DNA from: a virus | Lineage: Duplodnaviria; Caudoviricetes | Length of the DNA stretch: 64,000 bases | Direction: 5' to 3' (one strand) | Virus record (IMG/VR): IMGVR_UViG_3300021400_000621 | Span: 25,174-89,173 of that record | Made by a program: the position numbers and the translations under genes | Notes under the pieces: generated by a model | Databases searched by the model: none | Seen by the model: the letters and a program-made list of their open reading frames with translations, nothing else | What the model was told of the DNA's origin: nothing | Part shown: piece after piece, positions 38,220 through 48,441 of the stretch | Position numbering within the stretch: the first letter of the stretch is position 1 | Layout of the letters: the number at the start of each line of letters is the position of its first letter

Positions 38220-41200
38220 CTAGTAAGTTCTGCGATTACCACTCGCCCTTTGACTTGCTAGGTTAACTAATTCATTAAATGCTTGTTTAATTTCTCTTGC
38301 AGATTCAACCGCTGGGAAATCAGCATTAATAATAATCTGTTGTTCATTAGTAGTGCTATTATCTGCATTCGCAACTGAATTAAACAATCCGCCAATGGCA
38401 CCACCAACTTGTGACATAGCCGCCGCCTTGAAGTCAGCAACTTTATCCATAACTTGGCTAGCTATCTGTGCTGCCGCAAGCATATTAGGAGCATCTGTTG
38501 AAGTTAGAACATATTCATTCGGATGAACTACAGCCAGTTCAGCACCGCCGCCAGTCCAGCCGCCCTCATCATAAGAACTTAATTGTCTTAGTACCTGACT
38601 AATTGAATCTACATTCTCATCAATACTTCTAATATCTTCTCCACCAACTCCATATCTTGCTACACCAGTTGTACCATTTTGATAATATGCATTACCAAGT
38701 AATGTATTGGCAGTAGAATTAATTTGCGCTTCACTTAAAGCCTTATATTGTTCAACCACTTTAGCAATCGCATCAGCAAATTCTTGTACTTTATTGATAA
38801 CATCACCATAGGATGTAATCAGTTTATCATTATCAAGTAATAAATCTTCAGTAGCTTTAATAGTACCTTCCATATTAGTAGTTAAATCATCAAAGTGTTG
38901 TCCAGTTTCATTCTGTACATCCTCTAAATTCTTAACATACTCTTGTTGATTATCACTCGCATCTGACATAAACTGTGCTAACATATCTCTAATGCGTTCG
39001 CCCAAATTATTACCTAAATCAGCTACCGCCGCAGGTAATAAATTAGTTACATCATTAAATGTATCTTTTACATCCTCGGCAACACCATCGAATGAGCTTG
39101 TATAAATTTCAGTAATAAATCCATCAATTAAATCTACATATTCTCCACCTGGTTTAAACATTTGTTCAAAAACTTTATAAGTATCTGAATCCATACCAAG
39201 TGCAGCCATAAATTCATCGCCCATTTGACCGAATAATTCAGTAGCTTCAACTCCAGTAGCTTGAGATAATTTTCTCATCATCTCTGCATAGTCATTGGCA
39301 GTTTTAGTAGTTTTCTTAATATACCTCTCTTGTAATAATGCCATTTGGTCATTCCACTCTTCAGTATTAAAGCCATACTTTTCAGAAATTTCAGCAGCTT
39401 CTTCTGCAAAACTATCCATTTGGTCATACATTCTATCTACGGTATCTTTAAAGTCTTCTTTAACAAGCAGTCTTAAATCCTCTATTGCATCTCTTAACTC
39501 TTGTTGCTTTTGTGCAACATCATTAGTATCTGCAACATACTGATACCTGTAGTTACCTTGACTATCTCTACGGAGCCTCATTTTAGTCTTATTATTCTGT
39601 GCATCTTCTAATGCTTGACGCTTCAGAATAATATCTAATTCTTTTTCAGCTATATCTAAGTCTATTTGTCTTAATTCAGTTTGACTTTCAAGATTCTTAG
39701 TAGTAGCATCTAACCACTTATTTAATTCTTTTTGATGTTTTAAATTAGCATTACCAATAGCTTCTTGTGTCTTTTGAATCAGATTATAAGTACCATTAGC
39801 TCTAGATAATGAATCTAAATATCTTTCATCATCATCTAAGAAATCTTCCCAAAGTGTTTGGCGTTTATTCCAATCACCACCTGCGAAGGTATCTTTAAGT
39901 TGTTTAGCTAATTGATTAAAAATGGCTTCATATCTATTATAGAAATAATCAGCAGCATCTTTAATACTGCTATTTAAATCTTTAACAGCATCTTCCCAAT
40001 TTTTGCGGTATTCTTTCCAAGCATCACTACCCTCTGCAACAGAGTTCATTTGTTGGAACCAGAAATCTCTTTCCTTGGCAAGAAGTTGAATATTTCTTAT
40101 ACTATTATCAGCTTGCTGTTGATATAAATTAGCCATTTGACCATAGGCCTCATCGCCATGAAGCATTTCAAGCATATCAAGATTGTGCTCAATCAAATCA
40201 TTAATTTGTTCATATTCATCTTTTTGTTCATCAAAAGCATCTTGAGCATCATCTATAGCATCCATCCAATTATCATGAATATCTTCTTGAATATCTGCTA
40301 TATCCTCACCGCGTTTCATAAGTTCTTCAGTATATTTCTGCAAGTCTTCCATTGCAGATTTCATATCATCATGGTAAGGTGAAGCATTATAATTACCTCT
40401 ATTCATTTGTGCTATTGCATTTTGAATATCCTTAACATGTTGAACTAATTCTTGGGTATCTTTTAGAGTATCTTGCCCTATACTTAAACCATAAGAACTT
40501 AAATTAATATAATCATCTTCTTTGATTTGATCAAGTACATCACGTCTAAATTCTTTTAAGTCTTTTTCAAAATCAGCCGTGTCTAAATGCAAATCAATAG
40601 TATAATTGAAACGCTTAATATTGTTCTCAATCATATCATTTAATGCATCTTGGTCATCTTGAAGCTGCTTATTATAGATGTCTAAATCTTTTTCATAGGC
40701 ATCTATAGCCTTCATCATAGCCTCATAATCTTCAGTTGCTTTTTGATATTTAGCATTATTATCTTCACTCGGCTTCTTCTGTGCTTTATTATATAAATTT
40801 TCAACCTGTTTTTGATATTTAGCTAAAACATCAAAATAATTAGAAATATCTCCATCACTATTAAAACCAAAACCATAATTACGAGATAATTCTTGCTGTT
40901 GACGTTTAACTTCAGCAGTAGCAATATCAGCTTTTTGCTTGATTAACTTACGTTGTTTTTCTAATTGTTGATTCTGTTTAACAAGATTATCAAGATATTG
41001 TTTACCAGTTAATTTCTTTTCTTCTTTTTGAAGTTTCTTTAAATTATTTTCAACAATGCCTAATTGACGATTGACATCATGGTAAGGGTCTTTTTTAATT
41101 TCTTTTTTCTTCGCTGGTTGAACTTTTTTGCCTTTTCCGCCGCCCTTTTTACCTTTACCACCTTTACCTCCGCCGCCGCCGGATTTTTTACCTCCGCCAC

Positions 41201-44200
41201 CGCCGTTTTTCATCTTAAATCCACCACCAGAAGATTTTCTGGCTGATTTAACTCTTAAAGCAGTAACAGTATCTTGACCAGTTGCACTAGCTTCATCTGG
41301 TTCACCGTGGTAAGAAATTGTTGGAACTGCAACAGAAGTTGTATTAACAGTACCATCTGCAGCAATTTGAGGTACATCAACACTTGCAGAATTTATTTCT
41401 GGAACAGCACTAATAAATGCTTGTCTTTGTTCTTTCGGTACTTGACGCTCTTCTACTTCAGCATCTACACCCATGCTCGCCAATAAATCAGTTGCTTGTT
41501 GTGCAGTCATATCGGCAGAATTAATCAGCTCATTCATAGCCTGAATAGCTTGACTATCATCTACATAGGCACCTACTTCAATATCATCAATACCATTTTG
41601 AATTTGTGAATCTAATTCTGCAAATTTTGCTTGAAAATTAGTATCGTCTAATCCTACTTGAGCTAAAATATCTTGTGTCGCAGCCTCTCTTAAGGCATTA
41701 TAAGCCTCTTCGCTACCATTAGCAGCTTCTCGCATTAAATCAAGATTTTCAGCATCAGTAACAAAATCATCAGAAAGTGAATCATATGGTAAATCAAGCA
41801 TATCACTCATAGAATCTTTAATTTCATCTATGACTTCTGCTTGATCAATCATATCACCATTGTTTAATACATCTATCCAATCATCATAGTTTTCAGCAAT
41901 TTCTTCAACTGCATCCTTATAACGAAGAAGTGATTCTGCAACATCATCATAGGCAGCATCATCAGTAGCATCAGATAAACCTTCTATATTATCTGCGGCT
42001 TCTCGCAAATGGTCACTTAAAGATTCAAGTTCGCCTATATCAACTTCATCATCACGATGAGTCATATTAGCTAATTCTTCTTTAAGCTCTGCGGCGCGCT
42101 CTTTTGTAGTTTCTAATTCTGCTTGTAATTCTGGGTATTGATCTATATATTCTTTAACAGCATCTGTAAGGTTCTGTATATCTGTCTCTGACATAGAACC
42201 TTCACTAATCTTATTTTGCCATTCACCTAATTGTTCAGCGTCTTCATATCCTGCGGCTGCGAGATAATCTAATTGAGATTGTTGCCCACTGTCACCCTCC
42301 TGTTTAGACGTAAGCTGAGTTTCAGTCATACGAGTAGCATTAGCTAAACCCTCAATTTTTTCTTGTAAAGCATCGGCTTCTTTAACAAAAGGTTGAGCAG
42401 AGATACGTTCCATTGCATTTTTGAACTCATCGGCACTCATCTTTAGTTTATAAGTACCATCTGGCATTTTAGCAAAGAACTCATCCATATTATAGCCAGC
42501 TGTAGTTAATGCTGCATCAATGGCTGCTATATTATCATCTCCACTAAGTACTTTATCTTCTCCAATACTATCAACTGCAGATTTAGTTTTCGCATAAGCT
42601 TCTTCATCTGCTTGAGGAGTTTCACCGCTAAATTTATCTATTAGAGCTTGACCATATCTCTCAAACTCTGACATAGATTCTTCTGCTTTTTTACCTGCCG
42701 CTTCACCCGCATTAATTATATCATTTTCTTGCTTAGCTAATTCTTGAGTTTTCCTATACCCAGAAATACGTTCTTGAAGATCTTCTCTGGAAAGATTTTT
42801 TAATTCTTCTTCTTCGATAGTAATGCCTGTTAATTCTGAATATGTATCTGCTAATGCTTCTTTAGTAGCACGCATATCTTCTTCGGTAAGCATACTACCC
42901 ATTTCATTATAACGACGATTATATTCTTCATTAATAGCATCTTTATAATCACTATTTTGATAGCGACTATTATCACCTAATTCACTACTAGCTCGATTAC
43001 TTTCTAATGCTTCAATACCTTGAGCAGTAGTGTTTAATTCTAATAAACCAGAAGTATTTTCTAATAATGCATCTGCTTGACGCTCACTAATTCCTTCTAA
43101 TCCAGGAACTTGATTAAGAAGTTCTTTAAATACTGCTGCACTATCGGCATTGCTATCCATAATAGCGCCCATATTTTGAGCAAATACTTGAGCAGCATCA
43201 TAGATTTGGTTTGAAGTCATACCTGCGCCAGTATCACGACCTAATTGTTCTGCATCAACCAATGCTTGCTGCTTAGTTGCATTTGCTTGTGCTGAAATTG
43301 CCGTATTTTGTGCAGCTTGAACTTTATTTAATTGATCATTAAGAACTTGATCAATACCTTTTTGATCAATTTCTAAAATACCATTTTTATTATTTAAAAA
43401 TTCAGCTAATTCTGGATATTTATCTACTAAAGCAAGAACCTGTTCATTTAATTCTAAAACAGCTTCTTTCCATTCTTGTGTGCCTTCTTTTAATCCATCA
43501 AGTGTAGTACGAGCATCTTTTAAACTATCAAGAGAATTTTGTAATTCTACATATTCATCTGCCAATTCAGACGCCGTTTCTTTAGCATCATGTGCCGCTT
43601 GTGTTGCTGCTTTAGCGCGATCTTCTTGCGCACTAAATGCTTTAACTAATAAATATATTCCAGCACCAGCTGCAGCTACCGCCGCGACAATAGCCCAGAT
43701 TGGAATTAAAAGACCCGCCGTTGCAGCCGTCGCAGTTCCTGCAGCTACAGCTTCAGCCTCTTCAGCTGCAGCTAAAGCTGTAGTAGCTCCTGTCTCAACT
43801 GTTTTAGCTCCTATAGCAACAGTTCTTGTTGCAACTTCTTTTACTTTAATACCAACGTTTACTAAAACAGCTTTACTATTTGCAAGAAGACCTGCTGTTT
43901 CAGCGTTCTCTAAAGTACTTAAAGTAGCCATTGCGCCACTTAAAGTTTTATATTGACTAATTAGCATTGGAATTGCAAAACCTAAAGACATTATCACTTG
44001 TGATAATTTATCCATAGCACTCGCATTTTCATCAGTTAAAGTTCTAAATAATGATGAAAAAGTTCCCCATGCAGTTGTAAGTATCCCAATACTACTTGTC
44101 CAAGCATCTGTACGAGCCTTGGCTTGAGCAATAGTTGCTGCATAATCAGTTTGTCTATCAAAACTGTCTTGACGTTGACCTTGTTCAGTTCGTCTTTCTT

Positions 44201-46310
44201 GCGCAATAGCAGCTTGTTTATCTGCTTCAGCGGCAGCTTGCATTCTAGCTGTAGATTCAGCATAAACCTCATCAACAATTTGTTGTTGAATTTCTAAAGC
44301 CTCTTGTTCATACTCAGCAATTTGTTGCTCGCTTAAATTTTCTTGTTCTGCCATTGACAAATGCTGTTGTATAGTTTGTAATCTACTATTAGAATATTCA
44401 GCAACTTCAATTTGCGCTTGTAATTCTTCCTGTAAAGCATCTACATATGTTTTTTCTCCAGAAATAAATTCTTGCGATATATTAGCTTTAGCTAATTGTT
44501 GTTGCATAGATGCTTCTGCAATGGTAGCTTCTTTTTCTAAAGCGCCAATATATGCCTGTTCTTCAATTAACTGTTTTTGCTGTTCAGCCGTTAATCCTCT
44601 ACGAACTTCTAATAATTTTTCAGCATTTTGTTGATTAACAGTGGCTTCTGCAAAAGCTCCCTGTTGTTGTGGAGTTGCAGTAGACATATTTAAATTACCT
44701 AGATCAGTTTTTATTTGGTTTACTTTTGCTGCCCAGTTATCTAAATTTTGTTGAGCAATTTGAGAATTAACTTGAAATTGTCCAATTGCTTGTCCAATTT
44801 GATCTCTAAATACAAAAGCAACAATAGAACCAAAAGCAGTAACAGATTTAATTCCGCCACCAAAACCTTCGAGGAAATTATCTAAAACTTGTACAAGATT
44901 TCTAATAGTATCAATACCAGCATTAATTTCATTACTATCAATTAATGTAGTATATAAATCTTGATAAGTTGATTTTAATTCGTTTAAATGTGCTTGTGTA
45001 GATTCTAAATATCTATTATTCTTTTCATCTAATGCACCTTGAGCATTTAATGAAACATTTAACATATCAGAATACTGTGTCCAGTTATCAAATAACGCAA
45101 CTAGATTATTCATCTGACGTTGGCCTGCCATGGTTTGCGCTAAGTAGATTTGTTGTTCTCTACCCATTGTTCCCCATTTTTCACCAATCTCTTCCATAAC
45201 TTCGCCAGTATCTCTTAAATGTCCCGTAGCATCAAGTACATTTATTCCCAAACTGGCCATTTTGCCAGTATAATTACCGAGAGATATTTCAGCTTCATCA
45301 GAACCTGTTTTAATATCATTAATACGAGCATAAATAGTCTTTAATGCATTACCAACTGTTTCTGGCGCTTGTCTAGTTGTTGCAATAATCGTTGATATTT
45401 GAGCAGTAAGTTGGTCCATATCAACACCCATATTGTTAGCAACAGATGCGACCTTAGACATAGCTGTAGCTAATTCTGCTAAATTTGATGCAGAACTATC
45501 TGCTACTGCCGCGAGTTTATCAACATAATCAGTTTCAGTACCAATTTGTGCTTGGAAACCATTCCATACCGCGGTTAAGTTTTCAGCTACTTCAGATGCT
45601 CTTGCTCCAGTTACATTAGCTGCTTTAATAGTAGCTTCTGTTCTATTCGCAACAGCTTCATCACCTAAACCCTGTTGATAATATGCAAGAGCTGCTTTAG
45701 TATAATCTAAAGTATTAGCTCCCATATTTTTTGCGGCGGCATTAGCTTGCTCAGCAAATCTAGACATTTGATCTGCCGAATCACCAGTAACAATTCTAAT
45801 ATCCGTTAATGAAGTATCTAATTGTTTTGCATAATTATAAGCATCACGAATTGCACCTGTCATAGTATTTAAAACACTAGATGCAACACCCCATTTAACA
45901 GTATTAGTCATAGTAGTTGCCATATCATTTAACAACTTATTTTGTTCTTTTAATTGAACATTTGTGTTTAAAATAGAAGTTGCTAATTTACTATAAGCAG
46001 CTACACCGGCATTACCTTGTCCAATTAAGCTAGCTCTTACTTGTTCACTGGTAATACCCGCTTGTTTTAATCCTTCATTGAACTTAGTAATATTTAAAGT
46101 ACCTAAATCTTTATTAAAACTAGATTCTAAAATTGATGATAGCTGTCTAGCCATAGTACCGGCTTCTTCCAACTCTTTTGTTAACTTACCACCAGCTTTG
46201 GCATTATTCATAGTGGTAGTTATTTGAGTCAATTGTTTTTGAAGGTCTCTCAAATTATTGCTATTAATTTGAAAGCCAACTTCAAAATTAATTTTGTTTT
46301 GACCAGCCAT
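38220..46310 (-). CDS. Tail tape measure protein
   Basis: 2696 aa, Ala/Gln/Glu helical composition, TP901-like core (LDTSLTDIRIVTG...), Gly/Lys linker, C-terminal YDEGG...VHPNEYVL motif. Confidence 0.9.
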   Translation of the reverse strand: MAGQNKINFEVGFQINSNNLRDLQKQLTQITTTMNNAKAGGKLTKELEEAGTMARQLSSILESSFNKDLGTLNITKFNEGLKQAGITSEQVRASLIGQGNAGVAAYSKLATSILNTNVQLKEQNKLLNDMATTMTNTVKWGVASSVLNTMTGAIRDAYNYAKQLDTSLTDIRIVTGDSADQMSRFAEQANAAAKNMGANTLDYTKAALAYYQQGLGDEAVANRTEATIKAANVTGARASEVAENLTAVWNGFQAQIGTETDYVDKLAAVADSSASNLAELATAMSKVASVANNMGVDMDQLTAQISTIIATTRQAPETVGNALKTIYARINDIKTGSDEAEISLGNYTGKMASLGINVLDATGHLRDTGEVMEEIGEKWGTMGREQQIYLAQTMAGQRQMNNLVALFDNWTQYSDMLNVSLNAQGALDEKNNRYLESTQAHLNELKSTYQDLYTTLIDSNEINAGIDTIRNLVQVLDNFLEGFGGGIKSVTAFGSIVAFVFRDQIGQAIGQFQVNSQIAQQNLDNWAAKVNQIKTDLGNLNMSTATPQQQGAFAEATVNQQNAEKLLEVRRGLTAEQQKQLIEEQAYIGALEKEATIAEASMQQQLAKANISQEFISGEKTYVDALQEELQAQIEVAEYSNSRLQTIQQHLSMAEQENLSEQQIAEYEQEALEIQQQIVDEVYAESTARMQAAAEADKQAAIAQERRTEQGQRQDSFDRQTDYAATIAQAKARTDAWTSSIGILTTAWGTFSSLFRTLTDENASAMDKLSQVIMSLGFAIPMLISQYKTLSGAMATLSTLENAETAGLLANSKAVLVNVGIKVKEVATRTVAIGAKTVETGATTALAAAEEAEAVAAGTATAATAGLLIPIWAIVAAVAAAGAGIYLLVKAFSAQEDRAKAATQAAHDAKETASELADEYVELQNSLDSLKDARTTLDGLKEGTQEWKEAVLELNEQVLALVDKYPELAEFLNNKNGILEIDQKGIDQVLNDQLNKVQAAQNTAISAQANATKQQALVDAEQLGRDTGAGMTSNQIYDAAQVFAQNMGAIMDSNADSAAVFKELLNQVPGLEGISERQADALLENTSGLLELNTTAQGIEALESNRASSELGDNSRYQNSDYKDAINEEYNRRYNEMGSMLTEEDMRATKEALADTYSELTGITIEEEELKNLSREDLQERISGYRKTQELAKQENDIINAGEAAGKKAEESMSEFERYGQALIDKFSGETPQADEEAYAKTKSAVDSIGEDKVLSGDDNIAAIDAALTTAGYNMDEFFAKMPDGTYKLKMSADEFKNAMERISAQPFVKEADALQEKIEGLANATRMTETQLTSKQEGDSGQQSQLDYLAAAGYEDAEQLGEWQNKISEGSMSETDIQNLTDAVKEYIDQYPELQAELETTKERAAELKEELANMTHRDDEVDIGELESLSDHLREAADNIEGLSDATDDAAYDDVAESLLRYKDAVEEIAENYDDWIDVLNNGDMIDQAEVIDEIKDSMSDMLDLPYDSLSDDFVTDAENLDLMREAANGSEEAYNALREAATQDILAQVGLDDTNFQAKFAELDSQIQNGIDDIEVGAYVDDSQAIQAMNELINSADMTAQQATDLLASMGVDAEVEERQVPKEQRQAFISAVPEINSASVDVPQIAADGTVNTTSVAVPTISYHGEPDEASATGQDTVTALRVKSARKSSGGGFKMKNGGGGGKKSGGGGGKGGKGKKGGGKGKKVQPAKKKEIKKDPYHDVNRQLGIVENNLKKLQKEEKKLTGKQYLDNLVKQNQQLEKQRKLIKQKADIATAEVKRQQQELSRNYGFGFNSDGDISNYFDVLAKYQKQVENLYNKAQKKPSEDNNAKYQKATEDYEAMMKAIDAYEKDLDIYNKQLQDDQDALNDMIENNIKRFNYTIDLHLDTADFEKDLKEFRRDVLDQIKEDDYINLSSYGLSIGQDTLKDTQELVQHVKDIQNAIAQMNRGNYNASPYHDDMKSAMEDLQKYTEELMKRGEDIADIQEDIHDNWMDAIDDAQDAFDEQKDEYEQINDLIEHNLDMLEMLHGDEAYGQMANLYQQQADNSIRNIQLLAKERDFWFQQMNSVAEGSDAWKEYRKNWEDAVKDLNSSIKDAADYFYNRYEAIFNQLAKQLKDTFAGGDWNKRQTLWEDFLDDDERYLDSLSRANGTYNLIQKTQEAIGNANLKHQKELNKWLDATTKNLESQTELRQIDLDIAEKELDIILKRQALEDAQNNKTKMRLRRDSQGNYRYQYVADTNDVAQKQQELRDAIEDLRLLVKEDFKDTVDRMYDQMDSFAEEAAEISEKYGFNTEEWNDQMALLQERYIKKTTKTANDYAEMMRKLSQATGVEATELFGQMGDEFMAALGMDSDTYKVFEQMFKPGGEYVDLIDGFITEIYTSSFDGVAEDVKDTFNDVTNLLPAAVADLGNNLGERIRDMLAQFMSDASDNQQEYVKNLEDVQNETGQHFDDLTTNMEGTIKATEDLLLDNDKLITSYGDVINKVQEFADAIAKVVEQYKALSEAQINSTANTLLGNAYYQNGTTGVARYGVGGEDIRSIDENVDSISQVLRQLSSYDEGGWTGGGAELAVVHPNEYVLTSTDAPNMLAAAQIASQVMDKVADFKAAAMSQVGGAIGGLFNSVANADNSTTNEQQIIINADFPAVESAREIKQAFNELVNLASQRASGNRRTY

Positions 46311-46434
46311 CGTTTCCTCCTTTTAATCTCTTATATAAATTATTTATGTTTTTTTCACATAAATAAAAAATTGTCTTTACTATCAAAACATGATAATAAA
46401 GACAATTCAATTAACTTAATCTGGCCTTATTAAA

Positions 46435-46971
46435 TTACTTAATATCTCTTCCGCCATTAGCCGCACGTGCAAAATCCACTACATTTTGATATTGCTCTGG
46501 ATTAAAATTATCTACTATTTGAGCGGCGGCCTCTGCATTCGCAGGAAGGTCTCCAATAATAGACTGAAGTACTGCGGCCGCAGTCTGTTTATATTTAAGT
46601 CTATCTTCCCTAATTCTTTCCATATAGTCAAGAAGCATATGATATTCAGATTCTTCCATATTAGCAATTACTTTTGGAATTAATCCATTACATTGCATCA
46701 AATCATATAATTTAGCTAAATCTTCTTTTTGTTTATCTGTAAAACTAATATTAGTATAAAGAAATACTATATATAGATTAAAATACATATCAAGAAGTGC
46801 TTCATTATAAATTCCATCTTCTTCAGACCTTTGAAGAGCGATCTGAACTAAATCAATTTTGTCTTCAATAGGAAGATATTTCTTTACTTCAATTTTATGG
46901 TCATTAAATTCAAACTCATTTACCTCTTTATCAAGAGCGAGTTTAAGACTAGCAAATGTTGTTTTCGCCAT
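46435..46971 (-). CDS. Hypothetical protein, possible tail assembly chaperone (start moved to ATG 46971)
   Basis: AAAGGAG RBS before MAKTTF; sits just upstream of the tape measure. Confidence 0.65.
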   Translation of the reverse strand: MAKTTFASLKLALDKEVNEFEFNDHKIEVKKYLPIEDKIDLVQIALQRSEEDGIYNEALLDMYFNLYIVFLYTNISFTDKQKEDLAKLYDLMQCNGLIPKVIANMEESEYHMLLDYMERIREDRLKYKQTAAAVLQSIIGDLPANAEAAAQIVDNFNPEQYQNVVDFARAANGGRDIK

Positions 46972-47032
46972 ATCTAATTCTCCTTTTATCTCATATATAT
47001 AAAGTGCTACATAATTTTTCAATTATGTCAAG

Positions 47033-48076
47033 TTATCCAACTTTAATAGTAAGTTTAAATTTAGCAGCTATTGCTTGTGCAATTTTATCTATTTCTTCTG
47101 TAGCACCTTCTTTTGATAGCTCTGCAATTTGTCTAGCAATCTTACTCATCTGCACTAATTTTGGTAAAGCCTGTCTAAATTGTTCTGTCGTTAAAGCAGG
47201 AATTTTAGTGATATTAATAGCTAAACGTACATACTGACCAAAACGAGCCGTAGAAAAGCTACCTGTTTTTACCGCGAATTGTATATTTCCATCTTCTTGC
47301 CAAACTATATCACCTTTAACCACAGCGGGAATAGAATCAAATTCAATATGATTCCAATATAAAGCCTTTAAACTTCGATACCATGCTTGTGAAGTCGCAC
47401 CGGCATTAGTAACCGCACCATCTTCATTGATAACAGCGCCAACATATCCTTCTGCGATAGGTCCCATATTAGTAAAACGTACTGTATATTGTCTAGCTCT
47501 TTTATGATTTTCATTTAATTCATGCCAATAAAAACGCCTATCATTATCAGGATTATTAATCATACCTAAAATCGTAGTATATACATCTTTACGTTGAGCA
47601 ATAGAATTTTGAACCCTTTGTAATAAATCTTGTTCCAAATCTTGCGTTTCCATTACATTTCCGGCACTGATATTACCACGTCCATAGGCTTTAGTAGCTG
47701 TTTGATATAATTGTCCAATATGTGCTTCATCTAAAAAACTCATATTACCATCAGTCATTACATAGGTCAAATAGATAGTTCTACCTAAAAAAGAATTTAC
47801 TCGCTCTTCAAATTGATGTTGCAATAAAACAGCTTGAGCTGAAAAATTATCAACTGTTCGCATAGCATAATAAATAGCTTGTAATTCTGAAGATATAGTT
47901 CTTTGAGATTTTACCATCCTAGCAAGTTCTCCAATTTGATGAACTCTTTCTAAAAAAGCATTCGCAGTTAATTGTAAAGCTTGCCAATCTCCTTGTTCTA
48001 CTTCTGGTAAAGCCTGACTAGTTATGTCTAAAAGTCCTTCTTGAATAATTTGTTCATTCGTCGCCATAGGCTTCAC
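47033..48076 (-). CDS. Hypothetical protein
   Basis: 347-aa ORF with GAGGTG RBS; no family recognised. Confidence 0.7.
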   Translation of the reverse strand: MKPMATNEQIIQEGLLDITSQALPEVEQGDWQALQLTANAFLERVHQIGELARMVKSQRTISSELQAIYYAMRTVDNFSAQAVLLQHQFEERVNSFLGRTIYLTYVMTDGNMSFLDEAHIGQLYQTATKAYGRGNISAGNVMETQDLEQDLLQRVQNSIAQRKDVYTTILGMINNPDNDRRFYWHELNENHKRARQYTVRFTNMGPIAEGYVGAVINEDGAVTNAGATSQAWYRSLKALYWNHIEFDSIPAVVKGDIVWQEDGNIQFAVKTGSFSTARFGQYVRLAINITKIPALTTEQFRQALPKLVQMSKIARQIAELSKEGATEEIDKIAQAIAAKFKLTIKVG

Positions 48077-48106
48077 TCACCTCATTTCTGCGGCGGTCCT
48101 GCCGCA

Positions 48107-48141
48107 ATAAAAAAAATGGGGAGGGTCTAAAACCCTCCCCA
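48107..48141 (-). terminator. Rho-independent terminator after the major tail/Ig unit
   Basis: 10-bp stem TGGGGAGGGT/ACCCTCCCCA with a U8 tail on the - strand. Confidence 0.85.
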
Positions 48142-48153
48142 CTAACCTCAGTT

Positions 48154-48441
48154 TTATATATCGATCTGTACATCAACAGGAATTTGTGCGCTTTTATCCC
48201 CAGCCGAAACCGTGATAATGGTAGACCCATGAGCCATACCAGTAATTAATCCAGTAGAGTCTACTGAAGCAATACTTGGATCGGCAGAACTAAAGGTCAC
48301 TACTGCATCTGCGGGATCAACAGTTACAGAGATCCGCTGAGTTCCTCTAACAGCCATTCTCCTAATCTCGGTAGGAGCTACTACGAGGCTTTTAACGGAT
48401 TGTTCATCATCACCACTTGGTGGTTCCGGTGGAACTATTCC
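48154..48441 (-). CDS. Big_2 Ig-like domain, probably translated as a -1 frameshift extension of the major tail protein
   Basis: The -1 frame is open from the GAGGGGGAATAG run (GIVPPEPPSGDDEQSVKSLVVAPTEIRRMAVRGTQRISVTVDPADA...VDSTGLITG); matches the Big_2 pattern. Confidence 0.75.
   Translation of the reverse strand, partial: GIVPPEPPSGDDEQSVKSLVVAPTEIRRMAVRGTQRISVTVDPADAVVTFSSADPSIASVDSTGLITGMAHGSTIITVSAGDKSAQIPVDVQIDI

Noticed and set aside
43387-43396. Core copy inside the tape measure gene (in frame, LNNK)
   Set aside because: Isolated, 21 kb from the array, with no matching arm or inverted partner nearby. Treated as chance, although reads could be checked.
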